A stretch of 64,000 bases of DNA, taken from Squalus acanthias (Eukaryota). Both the position numbers and the translations under genes were made by a program. The stretch lies in NCBI GenBank assembly GCA_030390025.1, contig JASTWF010000353.1:372001-436000 (forward strand), given 5' to 3'. Below the pieces are notes generated by a model. The model had not been told where the DNA came from and ran no database searches. It saw only the letters and a list, made by a program, of their open reading frames with translations. Shown piece after piece: positions 46,278 to 60,398 of this stretch; position 1 is the stretch's first letter; each line of letters begins with the position of its first letter.

Positions 46278-47980
46278 TGTAAGGGTTTTTGAGTGTCTCT
46301 CAGCCTGTGAGATTCGTGTGGCTCTGTGCAGCCCGGGTGCTAGTGCGGGTTTAGGCCTTGTTGCCTGTTCTGGTCTCCAGCCAGTCTGGGAGCACTAGAC
46401 ACACCTGTGAGTGGTTCGACCCACTCGCCCTTACGGTTCTAGACACTGGACTTAGATGCGAGAGCAGTAATGGAGATAAAACTCAGGTAGACTCGGTTGA
46501 ATGGTACAAAATGGAAAATCTTTATTGCATAGTACTTAAGATTACGAAATACATGTCATAAGCACAGATTAATGACAGTACAATCTTACACGCAGTTATG
46601 TAATTAATTTCAGGGAAACGAGGAACGAACGACACATCGTAAATGGGGGCGCACATTACAATTATCCTTAATACTTAAAACCCTCCCCTATCAATATCTG
46701 TCCTAGCTAGATTCGTAGGATTCGAGACTCATGCTCACCACTCGTGATAACTCGGAGAATTCCGAAAACTCTGATCGGATGTTTTTCACCGCAGCACCCA
46801 CGTGTCGATCAGGTGGTCTCCTGGCCCCACTTGTTTACTCGTTCTGCTCTGGCTAGCAGGCTGGAACGTCTGCTGTCATGAAGATCTGTGTTGTCCTCAG
46901 AGTTCCGACTATACTCAAAAAAGAGTCTTCCTGTGCCCTCACACCAGTTCGATAAAACTCGAAGAAGAGTCTTCCTGTGTCAGTTCTGTAGAACTCAAGG
47001 AAGTCTTCCTGGCAAGGAAAATGTCTATTCGACCTACAGGCGCGGTCGGGGCTTACTGACCGTGGCGATAAGTATGGTCTTCTTCTCTTCTCATCTCATC
47101 TCATCTCATCTCATCTCATCTCGGGCCTTCGGTTCCGACACCGTTTACCGACTTATCGGAATGGTGCGCCCGCTTCAAGGCTTCAGAGCCCAGTTCTACA
47201 CAGGTCTTCGCGACACGACACGAGGTAGATCCGAGCGGATCATAAAGTTCAACAGTCTTTTGAAAAGAGACACGAGGCAAGCAGGAACAAGACGGCGAGT
47301 CAAGAGCACAGGAGCAGCCACGAGGATAAGAGTCAACCGAATAAGAGAAAGATGGACGGTTTGGGGCTTGCAATTATAGTGCAAAATCTTCCGTTTCCCG
47401 CCCAACCTTAATGTCTTTTCTTTTGTTAGGGTTTGGCGCTCAAATGTCTTGTATAGGGTGATCTCCGTTTTAATGGGTTTCGGGGCTACTCGTAAATGTC
47501 TGAGTACCTGTTAATATTTCTCCCATTGTTTAATCGGTCGGTGTTCTCCCTGGAGGGGTTTTGGGGCTTCCAAGTGTTTTCTGTAACTACCCGCTAACGG
47601 CTCTCTCATCGTAGAGTCGTTGGGATTTTACATATTAATGTCTTTGGATGGGTTCTTGATTACTGGGTACAATAGCTTTCATTCGTACCTGGGAGACTGA
47701 TTTCAGTATTTATGTGTATACTGTAAACCCATGATGTCTCGTGTATTATCTTCAATGTGCTGAGTCTTAATCGATCTTGCACAAATGTTTATTGGAACGC
47801 CATCTTGTCTGCCTGTCGAAAAGTCTAGAATGTTCGGCCACGAGGTGCGGCGGCCATTTTACAAGCTGCTTGTGTCCACTTTGAAAACCTGACAGCATTC
47901 TGCTGAAATAAAAGCTGTTTGAATGAAACTCTGTGTTTTTCTCCTTATTTATAAAATCGCGATATATTGCGAATTCTACA
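46278..47980 (-). repeat. Provirus E 5' LTR
   Basis: Near-identical to 35149-36851 with scattered substitutions. Confidence 0.95.
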
Positions 47981-47984
47981 GGAG

Positions 47985-50900
47985 GGAGTCGGTGCAAGAG
48001 TTACCGATTCCCAACACCATAAGGGGTGTGAGGTCCTTTTTGGGACTGACCGGTTACTGCAGGGATTTTATCGAAGACTATGTGGCCACAGCGGCGCCGC
48101 TGCTCCGACTCCTCCATAAGGGAGTGGAGTGGTCTTGGGACGAGGGCTGCCAGGCAGCCTTCGAGAAGTTAAAAAGGGATTTGCAGACCGCGCCAGCTTT
48201 AGGGGCCATAGATGGGCGGAAGGAGTTTTTCCTGGAGGTAGCTGCCAGCGGGGACAGCTTGAGCGCTGTGCTGCTCCAAGAGCGTCACGGCAAGCTGAGG
48301 CCGGTTGTCTATTCGTCCAGGGTGTTAACGGATGTGGAGAGAAGTTTCTCCAATTGCGAAAGGCACCTTTTAGCCTCGCATTGGGCTGTGAAAAGATCAG
48401 CGATCTTCACAGGGCTCTCTCCCATCACTCTCCTCACCCATCACACACCAACTAAGATGCTTCTAGATGGGAGGATTAAGGATGGGACCGTAAGCAGCGT
48501 GCGAATTGCGTGCTGGACCCTTCTCCTTTCCCAGATGGATCTTAGAATTAAAGGTCTTTGCGAGCCCAGGCTTGCGGACAATTTGGTATACCCCGGTACA
48601 GCCCACCAGTGTTCGGTGGAAGGGGTGTGGGAAGTCAACATAGGTTTGCGGGCCGGGATACATCCCACTGGGCGCGAGATTTATGTTGATGGTTCCAGCA
48701 CAGTGTCCGCTGGCGAACAACTCACAGGGTGCGGAGTTTATGACTCTGCGGCAAACCTTGCCCTGGCGATTAAGCTCCCCAGCACCATGAGCGCGCAGCA
48801 GGCGGAGCTGTCTGCAGTGGTGTACGTCGTTACCCACCCAGAAATTTTCCCAACCCCATACACGATTTGCTCGGACAGTATTTTCACATGCAATTCGTGT
48901 ACGGAATACCTGGCCATTTGGTCCCGCCGTGGATACACCTCCACGGACGGACAACCTTTAACGGTGAAGCCCTTGCTGGAAAAGATCCTAGCAGCAGTAA
49001 GGGAGGAAGGGGAGATTTTCATCCATAAGGTGAAGGCTCACTCCTCCACAGAGCCCCGTGGGGAAGGCAACCAGCAGGCGGATGCGCTAGCCAGGGAGGG
49101 TGCCCGTAACGGCACTTTCTGGGACCCCTATGGGCCCAGACCCATGGCAGCGATCCAAGGCAGGGACGGGAATTCCGGGAACACCAGGGTAGCATTGCCC
49201 CTAGACCTTAAGACCGTCCAGAATCAGGATCCCGCCCTAAAAGCAGTTCTCAGAACCATTGCTGAGGGCAAGCAGGTAGAGGGCCCGTACAGTACGGCAA
49301 TCCTCTCCGTTAAGGAAGGCATGCTGTTCGCGAGGAGCAGTGGGTTGTGCCGCAGCAGCACAGGAGGGAATTCCTCCAGTTGGCTCATGAGGGACCGGGG
49401 GCAGGGCACCCCGGGCCCGAGGTTACCTGGCAACGGGTAGAGCAAGCGAGATGGTGGCCGGGGCTCAGGGAGCAGGTCCGCGAGTTCTGTGCAAGCTGTC
49501 TCGTGTGCGCTGCAAACAACCCAGACCCCCAGAAAAGGAAAGTGCCCATGGGGCACATCAGGAGGGTAGAGGGACCATGGCAGTCGATACAGATCGACTA
49601 TATAGGGCCCCTGCCCACCACCCAGGGAGGCTATAAATACTGCCTCGTCTTGATGGATGTGTTTTCCAAATGGGTGGAAGCCTTCCCCTGTAGAACAGCT
49701 ACGGCACTGGGTACTGCAAAAATCTTGGTCCGGGAAGTGTTCTCGCGGTGGGGACTCCCCCGTTTTGTGGAGTCAGACCAAGGGAGTCATTTCACCGGCC
49801 AGGTGATGCAGAACACCCTCATGCTTTTGGGCATTGAAGGGAAATGGCATGTAGCGCACAATCCCCAGTCATCCGGGATTGTTGAACGCATGAACCGGAC
49901 CTTGAAGGAGAAATTGAGGAAAGAGACTATGAACTCGCCCCAAAAATGGGCGGAGGTTCTGCCTTTAGTCCTCATGGGGGTCCGGGCCAGTCAGTCGAAA
50001 GGTACGGGGTATTCCCCGCACGAGGTGATGACTGGGAGGATCATGCGAACCCCCACCCATGTGTTAGAGCCGGTGCTCACTGAGGGTCAGCTCCAAGAGG
50101 TAAGCAGGGACAAGTTCGTCCAGACCCTCTTGGAGCGCCTGAAGCAGGTTTATGAGCAGGCGACTGGGAACATGGGAAGGCAGCATCAGGGCAATCGCCT
50201 GTTGCTGGAACCCCGCAAAAAGCGGGAGTGGGAAGTAGGAGACCAGGTCATGGTCAGATACTACGCCAGAGTAGGGAGTCTGGAACCACTGTATATGGGA
50301 CCCTACAGCATTGTAGATAAGGCGAGTCCCATGGTATACGCCGTAAAGGTACCTCGGCGCACTAAGTGGTTCCACGTAAATCAGTGCAAACTGTATAAGC
50401 CGGGTGCACAAGGGCCTACCACAGGGGCCAAACCTGCGAGTGGGGACTCGCAGCCCCAGGTAGGGCCACAGGGCACACAGGCAGGCAAAGCAGCTTGCGT
50501 TAGGGGAGAGGACATCCTAGAAAAATGTAGGATCCTTTATTTGGGTTGGGAGTCAGATGAGGAAGAGCTCGAAGAGCTCAACGAAGATAGTGACACTAGC
50601 GAAGAGGAGCTGGAATTGGAGGACGAAAGGGTCGCCCCCGATTCAGGTATAGGGGAGACAGGGGCTGCAGATAGAGATCCACAAAGGGTGGAGGCCGAAG
50701 CTGCAGGTCCCGAACGCAGGGGGGCGGAGCTAGGGGAGGCGGAGCCAGCCGCTGTGGTGGGACCACAGGGCGTGGCGATGGAAGCCTCAGAGCCCGAGCC
50801 GCCCGCCTTGAACGTCTTGCCCTCGAGGGAGGTAGGGACTGCGAGTGAAGGGCCGCCTACTGGGCCAAGTAGGGCGGTGCCACAAGCTGCAGATCCCGAG

Positions 50901-51218
50901 TTCAGGGAGGCGGAGTCAGGGGAGGCGGAGCCAGCGACTGTGGTGGGACCACGGGTCGCCACGCTGGAAGTCTCGAAACCCGGTCCGTCAGTCCTGGAGT
51001 TCCTGCCCCCGGTAGTTCTCCGTAGGTCAAGTCGGAAACCCCAGCCCAGAAAGATTTGGGTAAGTCCCCCATATGTCCCCAGACGTAAGTTCAAGGTCAA
51101 GGCAGCTCAGGGAGATCCCAGTCCCAGCGCAGCAGCAACAGGCTGCGGCAGATCAAAGGGAGGGGTCAATGCCCTCCCACCGTTGGGAGAAGCCTGCGGC
51201 GGCAACCGCAGAATTTGA
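47985..51218 (+). pseudogene. pol: Provirus D pol, 3' part (tether, RNase H, IN, tail), 1-bp frameshift near 49330
   Basis: ORFs 47923-49440 and 49347-51218. Confidence 0.9.
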
Positions 51219-51513
51219 GAAGGCCGCCCTGGGAACGGGCGGCACTGTACAGTTATAAGATAAGTGATAAGTTGATAAGTTTTGTAAGTTCAAGTTTATG
51301 GTTCATAAATCAGGTTAAGTTTGTAGTTTAATGTTTTTAACAGAAAGAGGTAAAATGATGGAAGTTTCAGAGATAGGAATAGTTAAAGTCTATCCAGCGC
51401 ACATGTCTTCTTACGAGAGGCGAGGTCAGGGGACCCGCTCACCCTTCACAAAAGCCAGAGACTCTTGGGAGGCTGGCTACCTCATTCTATCTGATCACAG
51501 GAACCAAGGAAGG

Positions 51514-53864
51514 ATGGAACGAATTCTAGTATTGCTCGCGGCAATCGGATGTGGATTGGCCTATCGAGGCCGCACCAAGGACGTCGTGCTGTTTGGATGC
51601 TCCGGGGACACGGCCCCCATCGCGGTGGATGGGACCGGAAGGCGAGAGGCTGAGGAGACCACCACCTATTTCCACAGGGGAAGGTGGCCAGGATGGCTGG
51701 GAACTAATTCAACTGAGTATTCCAGTACATCGGGATTTGCCTACAAAGAGACTTCTTTAATGTGCCCCAAAGTGAGGATCATCGCACCCAGAGTCAGCGT
51801 CACCGTCGGCAAACGGATTTGTTTGACTTGTAATGGGAATGTCCCATTGAGCCGATGGCGGTGGCTACGAAAGCTGAGCAAAAACATGAGGAACTCTTCG
51901 GTCGAGTGGGAGCGACTGGGTAATAATACCCATCGGACAATTACGGGGACTAACGGACAAGTGAGAGTCTGTTGGGACAAATGGTGGGAACCGGATGAGG
52001 GAATTTATGTATGTATGTGGGGGTCAAAGCACGTTTGCCCCAAAGGCATCTCCATATTTTTCATCAATCAATGGCAGGATAACGGAAAGGGGATGAGGTG
52101 GGATGCGAGCACCAGGGGGTGCGGAGCCCCATACTCTCCGACCCCGGTAAATGCCACCGAACTCATTACGCGCCCACGCAAAGCCCAGCCCACGATTCCG
52201 GTGGTTCTAGCTAAGGAAGAAGGGTGCCCTAAAACCAGTAAGGGACCCGGGAATGGTTTGGTACTGGTCCCCACAGACCAGATACTATTTCAGGGGGTAC
52301 ATTACGCGGTGGCCTCGGTGATTTTAAATCTCACCGAGGTGCGGTTACCAGAGTGGTGCCCCAAAGAGACGGAACAGTTATATCAGGTCCTGTTGACCAA
52401 GATGTTTAGGCAATTTTATGAGTTCGATTTCGCGGAAATTGAAAAAACAAGTTTGTACACCGCACCACATGAAGTTTTGGGTCAGGTGGGGAGACAAAGA
52501 AGGGGTGTTGTGAACGATATGTTCACTGCTTTCAATACAGGTACATCTGTGGTCAACGCTCTAGATAGCGTGGAGCTGCAGACCCAGATTAATGGTTTGA
52601 AAACACAATTAAAGAATATTCTTACAGACGAAAATAAGGTGGTTGGGTCTGGGTTACATGAGGACCAGGCCATGACTCTCCATTTAAAAGAAATAATAGC
52701 TGAACTAGAGAAACATGCGCGTACGGTAAATGCCCTGATTAGGGAAGATCGGAATGCGTCCGATCAGGCTGCGCAGAACGAGGTGTGCGTGCTTTACGGG
52801 GCGTGGTTACTGGGCGAGGGCCGCAGTAATTTGGAGGATTTAAAACAAGGTTTGGTCCCGTCCTGGATAAGTAACAAACACCTGCAGGCGCTCCACCCTT
52901 TTCAGAACGCATTAAACCCGTGCCAGCTCAGACTAGCTTCAGAAGCATACCCAGTCCCCATGGACTGTGGACGTTCAAACCATACCATTATGGGTATAGT
53001 TTTACGCATGCCGGTTTTGGGCGACCAGCAAAGCCCGCCCCGGTGTATCGGGTAGAGAACATTGGTGTCATTCAGGGGGGGGCCCACATTCGCTATGCAG
53101 CGGTTCCACCTTACGTCATCCGCTGGGAGCAAACGATGACAGGTACAGATCTCTCTGGTTGTCGTGGCCGGGGAGCACACATAATACTGTGTCCCCAGCA
53201 CTTGAATGCCTTTTTAACACCACAGTGCGGGTTCAGAACGGCTGGCGCCAAGCCCATGAATTGCACCATGGAGACAATGGCACAAGATCATGTGCCTCCG
53301 CAGGTAGCATACATCGGGGGTGGAACATATTGTGTTACCACTGCAGCGCAACACTACCAACATGGAAACCATAGCCGGTGTCCGGTGAGTGACAGCAGTT
53401 TCTGTTTCAAACCCAGGGCGGAAGTTCAAGTAGCACAACAGCGAATTGTCCCGATCCCTGAACCATCCACGGTTCATCTCATCGTAAAAGAGAACTTCAC
53501 CGACCTGCAGCGATTCGTCGCGCATTTCGGATACCTCATTCCCCCTCTCCCTGAACACCTCACCAAGCTTTTGAAAGCCGTTGCGGTATCGCAAAAACAT
53601 TTTTACACCCTAGAACAAAAGACTGTCGAGATAGGGACAGAAATTCTGGACATAGTAATTCCACCGTGGTGGAATCTGTTCACCAACATTGAAGTGCCTT
53701 CCTGGATTAGAATAGCCTTCCACATTTTAGTTGTATGCCAAGTGTTTATTGTGATATACTTATTGGTCGTGCATTGTAAGCGAGGCAAACGCCTCACCAA
53801 GAACGAAAACACGGGAGAGTGGTGAGAACGTTACGTGCGCGTGCACAATGAAAGCACCGCGTAA
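51514..53864 (+). pseudogene. env: Provirus D env, frameshift near 53025 and premature TGA at 53823
   Basis: ORFs 51331-53055 and 52920-53825; 2351 nt versus 2352 in intact copies. Confidence 0.9.
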
Positions 53865-54309
53865 ACAGACAAAATGGCGTCACTCCAGTTTTCCACGTGC
53901 GCCTCGGAAGTGTTGTAATCGATCGTGATTTTTCTCAGAAACTGTAATTAAGTTTGGAACTCTACATGTTTAAGAGTTGGTTTTGATTATTTTGGTTTGG
54001 TGTTGTTGAATATGATTGTTTGGGTGTTTTTGTTTTCTTTTTCCTTGAATAAAAAATATGCATATGCAGGTGGTGCGAGAGGCATCGGCCTGGTTACACC
54101 TGGAAGGAAAATACAAGTGGTGTAAGTTAAAGGCAAATGCTGCCTACGGTGTTATAAGAATGTAGTTTTCCTGGGAAATAAGGACGACACGGAGACCCTA
54201 GATAGTTTTAAGTTATGGGAATTTTTGGATGTGGAGAATCGAGATAATATTGCTCACCACAATATTTTTGATACGATAAGCGGAGTTATTCGCATCAACA
54301 GGAGGGACT

Positions 54310-55957
54310 GTAGAATTCGCAAAATTATCGCGATTTTATAAAATAAGAAGGAGACATAAAGTTTCGTACAAACAGCTTTATTTCAGCAGAATGCTGTCAG
54401 GTTTCAAAGCGGACACAAACAGCCTGTAAAATGGCTGCCACGCCTCGTGGCAGAACGTTCTAGACTTTCAATGGGCAGACAAGATGGCGTTCCAATAAAC
54501 ATTTGTGCAAGATCGTACAGGACTCAGCACATTTGAGATAATTCACAAGACATGATGGGTTTGCATTTTATACATAAATACTGGAATCGGTCTCCCAGGT
54601 GAGAATAAGGGCTATTGTACCGAGCGATCAAGGACCCATCCAAAGACATTAATATGCAAAATCCCCACGACTCTACGATGAGAGAGCCGTTCGCGGGTAC
54701 TCACAGGAAGCATTTGGAAGCCCCAAAACCCCTCCAGGGAGACTACTAGCCGGTTCCACAATGGGAGAAGTATTAACGGGTACTCAGACAGTTACAAGTA
54801 TCACCGAAACCCATTAAAAACGGAGATCACCCTATACAAGAAGTTTGAGCGCCAAAACCCTGACAAAAGATAGACATTAAGATTGGGCGGGAAAAGAGGA
54901 ATTACAGCACTATAACTGTAAGGTACAACCGTCCATCTCTCTCTTCGCTTGCTACTCTTGCTGCTGACTGCTGTCTCTGCTTCTTCTTGCACTTGCTGTT
55001 TTGACTCGCTGGAAGACTGTTGAACTTTTATTCTCTTGCCTGACGGCTCTGGACTCTGATCCGCTAGGATCAACCTCGTGGCTTGCCGTGAAGATCTGTG
55101 GAGAACTAGGCTGTGAGGCCTTGAAACGGGCACACCATCCCGAAAAGTCGGTAAACGGTGTTGGAACCGAAGCCCCGAGAGGAGATGAGATGAGATGAGA
55201 AGAGAAGAAGACGACAATACGCATCGCCATGGTCAGTAAGCCCCGACCGCGCCTGTAAGTCGAATAAACACTTCCTTGCCCAGGAAGACCTTTCTTTGAA
55301 TTTTACAAACTGGTGAGGGCACAGGAAGACTCTTTTTTGAGTAGTATCGGAACTCCGAGGACAACACAGATCTTCATGACAGCAGACGGTCTAGCCTGCT
55401 AGCCGGAGCAGAAACGAGTAAACAAGTGGGGTACAGAGACCCCTGATCAGCACATGGATAGTCAGGTGCTGCGGTAAAAACATCCGAGCAGAGTTTCGGA
55501 ATTCTCCGAGTTATCACGAGTGGTGAGCATGAGTCTCGATCCTACAAATCTAGATTAGGACAGGTATTGATAGGGGAGGGTTTAAGTTTTACGGATAAGT
55601 ATAATGTGTGTCCCTTTTTACGATGTGTCATGCGCTCCTCGTTTCCCTAAAATTAGTTACATAACTGTGTGTAAGATTGTACTGTCATTAATCTGTGCTT
55701 ATGACATCTATCTCGTAATCTTGAATAATATGCAATAAAGATTTTCCATTTCGCACTATTCGACCAGGTCTACCTGAGTTTTTCTCTGCATTATTGCTCT
55801 CGCACCTAAGTCCAGTGTCAGAACCGTAAGGGCGAGTGGGTCGAACCACTCACAGGTGTCTAGTGTTACCAGGCTGGCTGGAGACCAGAACAGGCAACAA
55901 GGCCTAACCTCGCACTAGCACCCAGGCTAAGCACAGAGCCGCAGGTCACCCCTGACA
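54310..55957 (+). repeat. Provirus D 3' LTR
   Basis: PPT CAGGAGGGAC then TGTAGAATTC...CCCCTGACA; right flank CCCA in satellite. Confidence 0.93.
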
Positions 55958-57952
55958 CCCATCAAACACTCCCGGGACAGGTACAGCACGGGTTAGATAC
56001 AGAGTTAAGCTCCCTCTACACTGTCCCATCAAACACTCCCAGGGCAGGTACAGCATGGCTTAGATACAGAATAAAGCTCCCTCTAGACAGTCCCATCAAA
56101 CACTCCAAGGGCAGGTACAGCACGGGTTAGATACAGAGTAAAGCTCCCTCTACACTATCCCATCAAATACTCCAAGGGCAGGTACAGCACGGGTTAGATA
56201 CAGAGTAAAGCTCCCTCTACACTGTCCCATCAAACACTCCCAGGGCAGTTACAGCACGGGTTAGATAGAGAGTAAAGCTTCCTCTACACTGTCCCATCAA
56301 ACACTCCAAGGGCAGGTACAGCACGGGTTAGATACAGTATAGCTCACTCTACACTGTCCCACAAACACTCCCAGGACTGGTACAGCACAGGTTAGATACA
56401 GAGTAAAGCCCCCACTCCACTGTCCCATCAAACACTCCCGGGACAGGTACAGCACGGGTTAGATACAGAGTAAAGCTCCCTCTACACTGTCCCATCAAAC
56501 ACTCCCAGGGCGGGTACAGCATGACTTAGATACAGAATAAAGCTCCCTCTAGACTGTCCCATCAAACACTCCAAAGGCAGGTACAGCACGGGTTAGATAC
56601 AGAGTAAAGCTCCCTCTACACTGTCCCATCAAATACACCAAGGGCAGGTACAGCACGGGTTAGATACAGAGTAAAGCTCCCTCTACACTGTCCCATCAAA
56701 CACTCCCAGGGCAGGTACAGCACGGCTTAGATATAGAGTAAAGCTCCCTCTAGACTGTCCCATCAAACACTCCCGGGACAGGAACAGCACGTGTTAGATA
56801 CTGGCTAAAGCTCCCTCTGGACTGTCCCATCAAACACTCCCAGAGAATGTACAGCAAAGGTTAGATACAGAGTAAAACTCCCTCTAGACCCACCCATCAA
56901 ACACTCCAAGGCCTGGTACAGCACGGGTTAGTTGCAGAAAAAGACCCCTCTACACTGACACATGAAACACTCCCAGGTCAGGTAGAGCACAGGTTGGATA
57001 CAGAGTAAAGCTCCCTCTACACTCTCCCATCAAACACTCAAAGGGCTGGTACAGCACGGGTGAGATACAGAGTAATGCTCCCTCTACACTGTCCCATCAA
57101 ACACTCCCAGGACTGGTACAGCACAGGTTAGATACAGAGTAAAGCTCCCTCTCCACTGCCCCATCAAACAATCCCGGGACAGGTACAGCACGGGTTAGAT
57201 ACAGAGTTAAGCTCCCTCTACACTGTCCCATCAAACACTCCCAGGGCAGGTACAGCATGGCTTAGATACAGAATAAAGCTCCCTCTAGACTGTCCCATCA
57301 AACACTCCAAAGGCAGGTACAGCACGGGTTAGATACAGAGTAAAGCTCCCTCTAGACAGTCCCATCAAACACTCCAAGGGCAGGTACAGCACGGGTAAGA
57401 TACAGAGTAAAGCTCCCTCTACACTATCCCATCAAATACTCCAAGGGCAGGTACAGCACGGGTTAGATACAGAGTAAAGCTCCCTCTACACTATCCCATC
57501 AAATACTCCAAGGGCAGGTACAGCACGGGTTAGATACAGAGTAAAGCTCCCTCTACACTGTCCCATCAAACACTCCCAGGGCAGGTACAGCACGGGTTAG
57601 ATACAGAGTAAAGCTTCCTCTACACTGTCCCATCAAACTCTCCCAGAGCAGGTGCAGAACAGGTTAAATACAGAGTAAAGCTCCCTCTACACTGTCCCAT
57701 CAAACACTCCCAGAGCAGGTACAGCACGGCTTAGATATAGAGTAAAGCTCCCTCTCGACTGTCCCATCAAACACTCCAAGGGCAGGTACAGCACGGGATA
57801 GATACAGTATAGCTCGCTCTACACTGTCCCACAAACACTCCCAGGGCAGGTACAGCACGTGTTAGATACAGTAATGCTTGCTCTACACTGTCCCATCAAA
57901 CACTCCCAGGGCATGTACAGCACGTGTTAGATAAAGTAAAGCTCGATCCACC
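55958..57952 (-). repeat. 67-bp satellite, reverse orientation, about 30 units
   Basis: ACACTGTCCCATCAAACACTCCCAGGGCAGGTACAGCACGGGTTAGATACAGAGTAAAGCTCCCTCT units. Confidence 0.95.
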
Positions 57953-58718
57953 CTTCTTCTTCTTCTTCTTAGGCAGTCCCTCGGAACCGAGGATGACTTG
58001 CTTCCACACTAAAATGAGTTCTCAGGTGACTGATGAGTCCAATGCGGGACCTACAGTCTCTGTCACGGGTGGGGCAGACGGTGGTTGAAGGGGCGGGTGG
58101 GTGGGGTGATTGGATTGACGTGCGCTCCTTGCGCTGTTTGCGCTTGGATTCCTCTTGCTCCCGGCGAAGAGACTTGAGGTGTTCGGCGCCTTCCCGGATT
58201 CTTCTCCTCCACTTTGTACGGTCTTGGGCCAGGGATTCCCAGGTGTCAGTGGGGATGTTGCACTTTTTCCAGGAGGCTTTGAGGGTGTCCTTGAAGCGTT
58301 TCCTCTGCCCACCTGGGGCTCTCTTGCCGTGTCGGAGCTCCGAGTAGAGCGCTTGTTTTGGGAGTCTCGTATCGGGCATGCGGACGATGTGGCCCGTCCA
58401 TCGGAGCTGATCGAGCGGGGTCAAAGCTTCAAAGCTGGGGATGTTGGCCTGGGCAAGAACACTGACGTTGGTGCGCCTATCCTGCCAATAGATTTGCAGG
58501 ATCTTGCGGAGGCAGCGTTGGTGGTACCTCTCCAGTGCTTTGAGGTGCCTGCTGTACATGGTCCACATCTCTGAAGCATATAGGAAGGCGGGTATCACTA
58601 CTGCTCTGTAGAACATGAGCTTGGTGCTGGGTTTCAGGGCCTGGTCTTCAACACTCTCTTCCTCAGGCGACCGAAGGCTGCACTGGCACACTGAAGGCGG
58701 TGTTGGACTTCGTCTTCG
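57953..58718 (-). mobile_element. RTE LINE fragment, duplicate of 31048-31813
   Basis: Same 240-aa ORF, same 5' truncation and same 3' junction (AAG)n-GGTGGATCGAGC. Confidence 0.85.
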
Positions 58719-60398
58719 CCTCTACACTATCCCAACAAACAATCCCAGGGCATGTACGGCATGGGTTAGATATATAGTAAAGCTCCCTCTGCACTGTCCC
58801 ATCAAACACACCCAGGACAGGTACAGCACGGGTTAGATACAGGGTAAAGCTCCCTCTAAATTGTCCCATCAAACACTCCCAGGGCAGGTACAGCACGGGT
58901 TAGATACAGAGTAATGCTCCCTCTGCACTGTCCCATCAAACACTCCCAGGGCAGGTACAGCTTGTCTCAGATACAGAGTAAAGATCCCTCTACACTGTCC
59001 GATCAAACACTCGCAGAGCAGGTACAGCAAAGGTTAGATACAGAGTAAAACTCCCTCTACACTGTCCCACCAAACACTCCCAGGGCAGGTACAGCATGGC
59101 TTAGATACAGAGTAAAGCTCCCTCTACACTGTCCCATCAAACACTCCCAGGGCAGGTACAGCATGGCTTAGATACAGAGTAAAGCTCCCTCTACACTGTC
59201 CCATCAAACACTCCAGCTGCAGGTACAGCACGGGTTAGATACAGAGTAAAGCTCCCCAGCCACTGTCCCATCAAACACTCCCAGGGAGGGTACAGCACAG
59301 GTTAGATACAGAGTAACGCTCTCTTGCAATATTCCATCAAACACTCCCAGGGCAGTTACAGAACGGGTTAAATCCAGAGTAAAGCTCTCTCTACACTGCC
59401 CCTTCAAACACTCCCAGAGCAGGTACAGAACAGGTTATATACAGAGTAAAACTCCCTCTACACTGTCCCATCAAACACTCCCAGAGCAGGTACAGCACGG
59501 CTTAGATATAGAGTAAAGCTTCCTCTGGACTGTCTCCTCACACACTCCCAGGGTAGGTACAGCATGGCTTAGATACAGAGTAAGGCTCCTTCTATACTGA
59601 CCCATCAAACACTCCCAGGGCAGGTACAGCACGGATTAGATACAGAGAAAAGCTCCCTCTACACTGACCCAATCAAACACTCCCAGGGCAGTTACAGAAC
59701 GGGTTAAATCCAGAGTAAAGCTCCCTCTACACTGTCACATCAAACACTCCCAGGGCATGTACAGCATGGCTTAGATACAGAGTAAAGATCCCTCTACACT
59801 GTCCTATCAAACACTCGCAGAGCAGGTACAGCAAAGGTTAGATACAGAGTAAAACTCCCTCTACACTGTCCCACCAAACACTCCCAGGGCAGGTACAGCA
59901 TGGCTTAGATACAGAGTAAACCTCCCTCTAGTCTGTCCCATCAAACACTCCAAGGGCATGTACAGCACGGGTTAGTTGCAGAAAAAGGCTCCCTATACAC
60001 TGTCCCATGAAACACTCCCAGGTCAGGTAGAACACAGGTTAGATACAGAATAAAACTCCTTCTACACTGTCCCATCAAACACTCCATGGGCAGTTACAGC
60101 ACGTGTTGGATACAGAGTAATGCTCCCTCTACACTCTCCCATCAAACACTCCAAGGGCTGGTACAGCACGGGTGAGATACAGAGTAATGCTCCCTCTACG
60201 CTGTCCCATCAAACACTCCCAGGACTGGTACAGCACAGGTTAGATACAGAGTAAAGCTCCCTCTCCACTGTCCCATCAAACACTCCCGGGACAGGTACAG
60301 CACGGGTTAGATACAGTGTAAAGATCCCTGTACACTGTACCATCAAACACTCCCAGAGCAGGTACAGCATGGGTTAGATACAGAGTAAAGCTCCCTCT
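58719..60398 (-). repeat. 67-bp satellite, about 25 units
   Basis: Same unit. Confidence 0.95.

Larger units (their letters stand above)
35149..47980 (-). mobile_element. Provirus E, full length, inserted antisense into the RT of D
   Basis: LTRs 35149-36851 and 46278-47980 (both 1703 bp); TSD GGAG at 35145-35148 and 47981-47984. Confidence 0.97.
31914..55957 (+). mobile_element. Provirus D (defective, chimeric after inversion), interrupted by provirus E
   Basis: Partial 5' LTR, partial gag, pol split by E, env, PPT, 3' LTR. Flanks CCTT and CCCA do not match. Confidence 0.9.
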
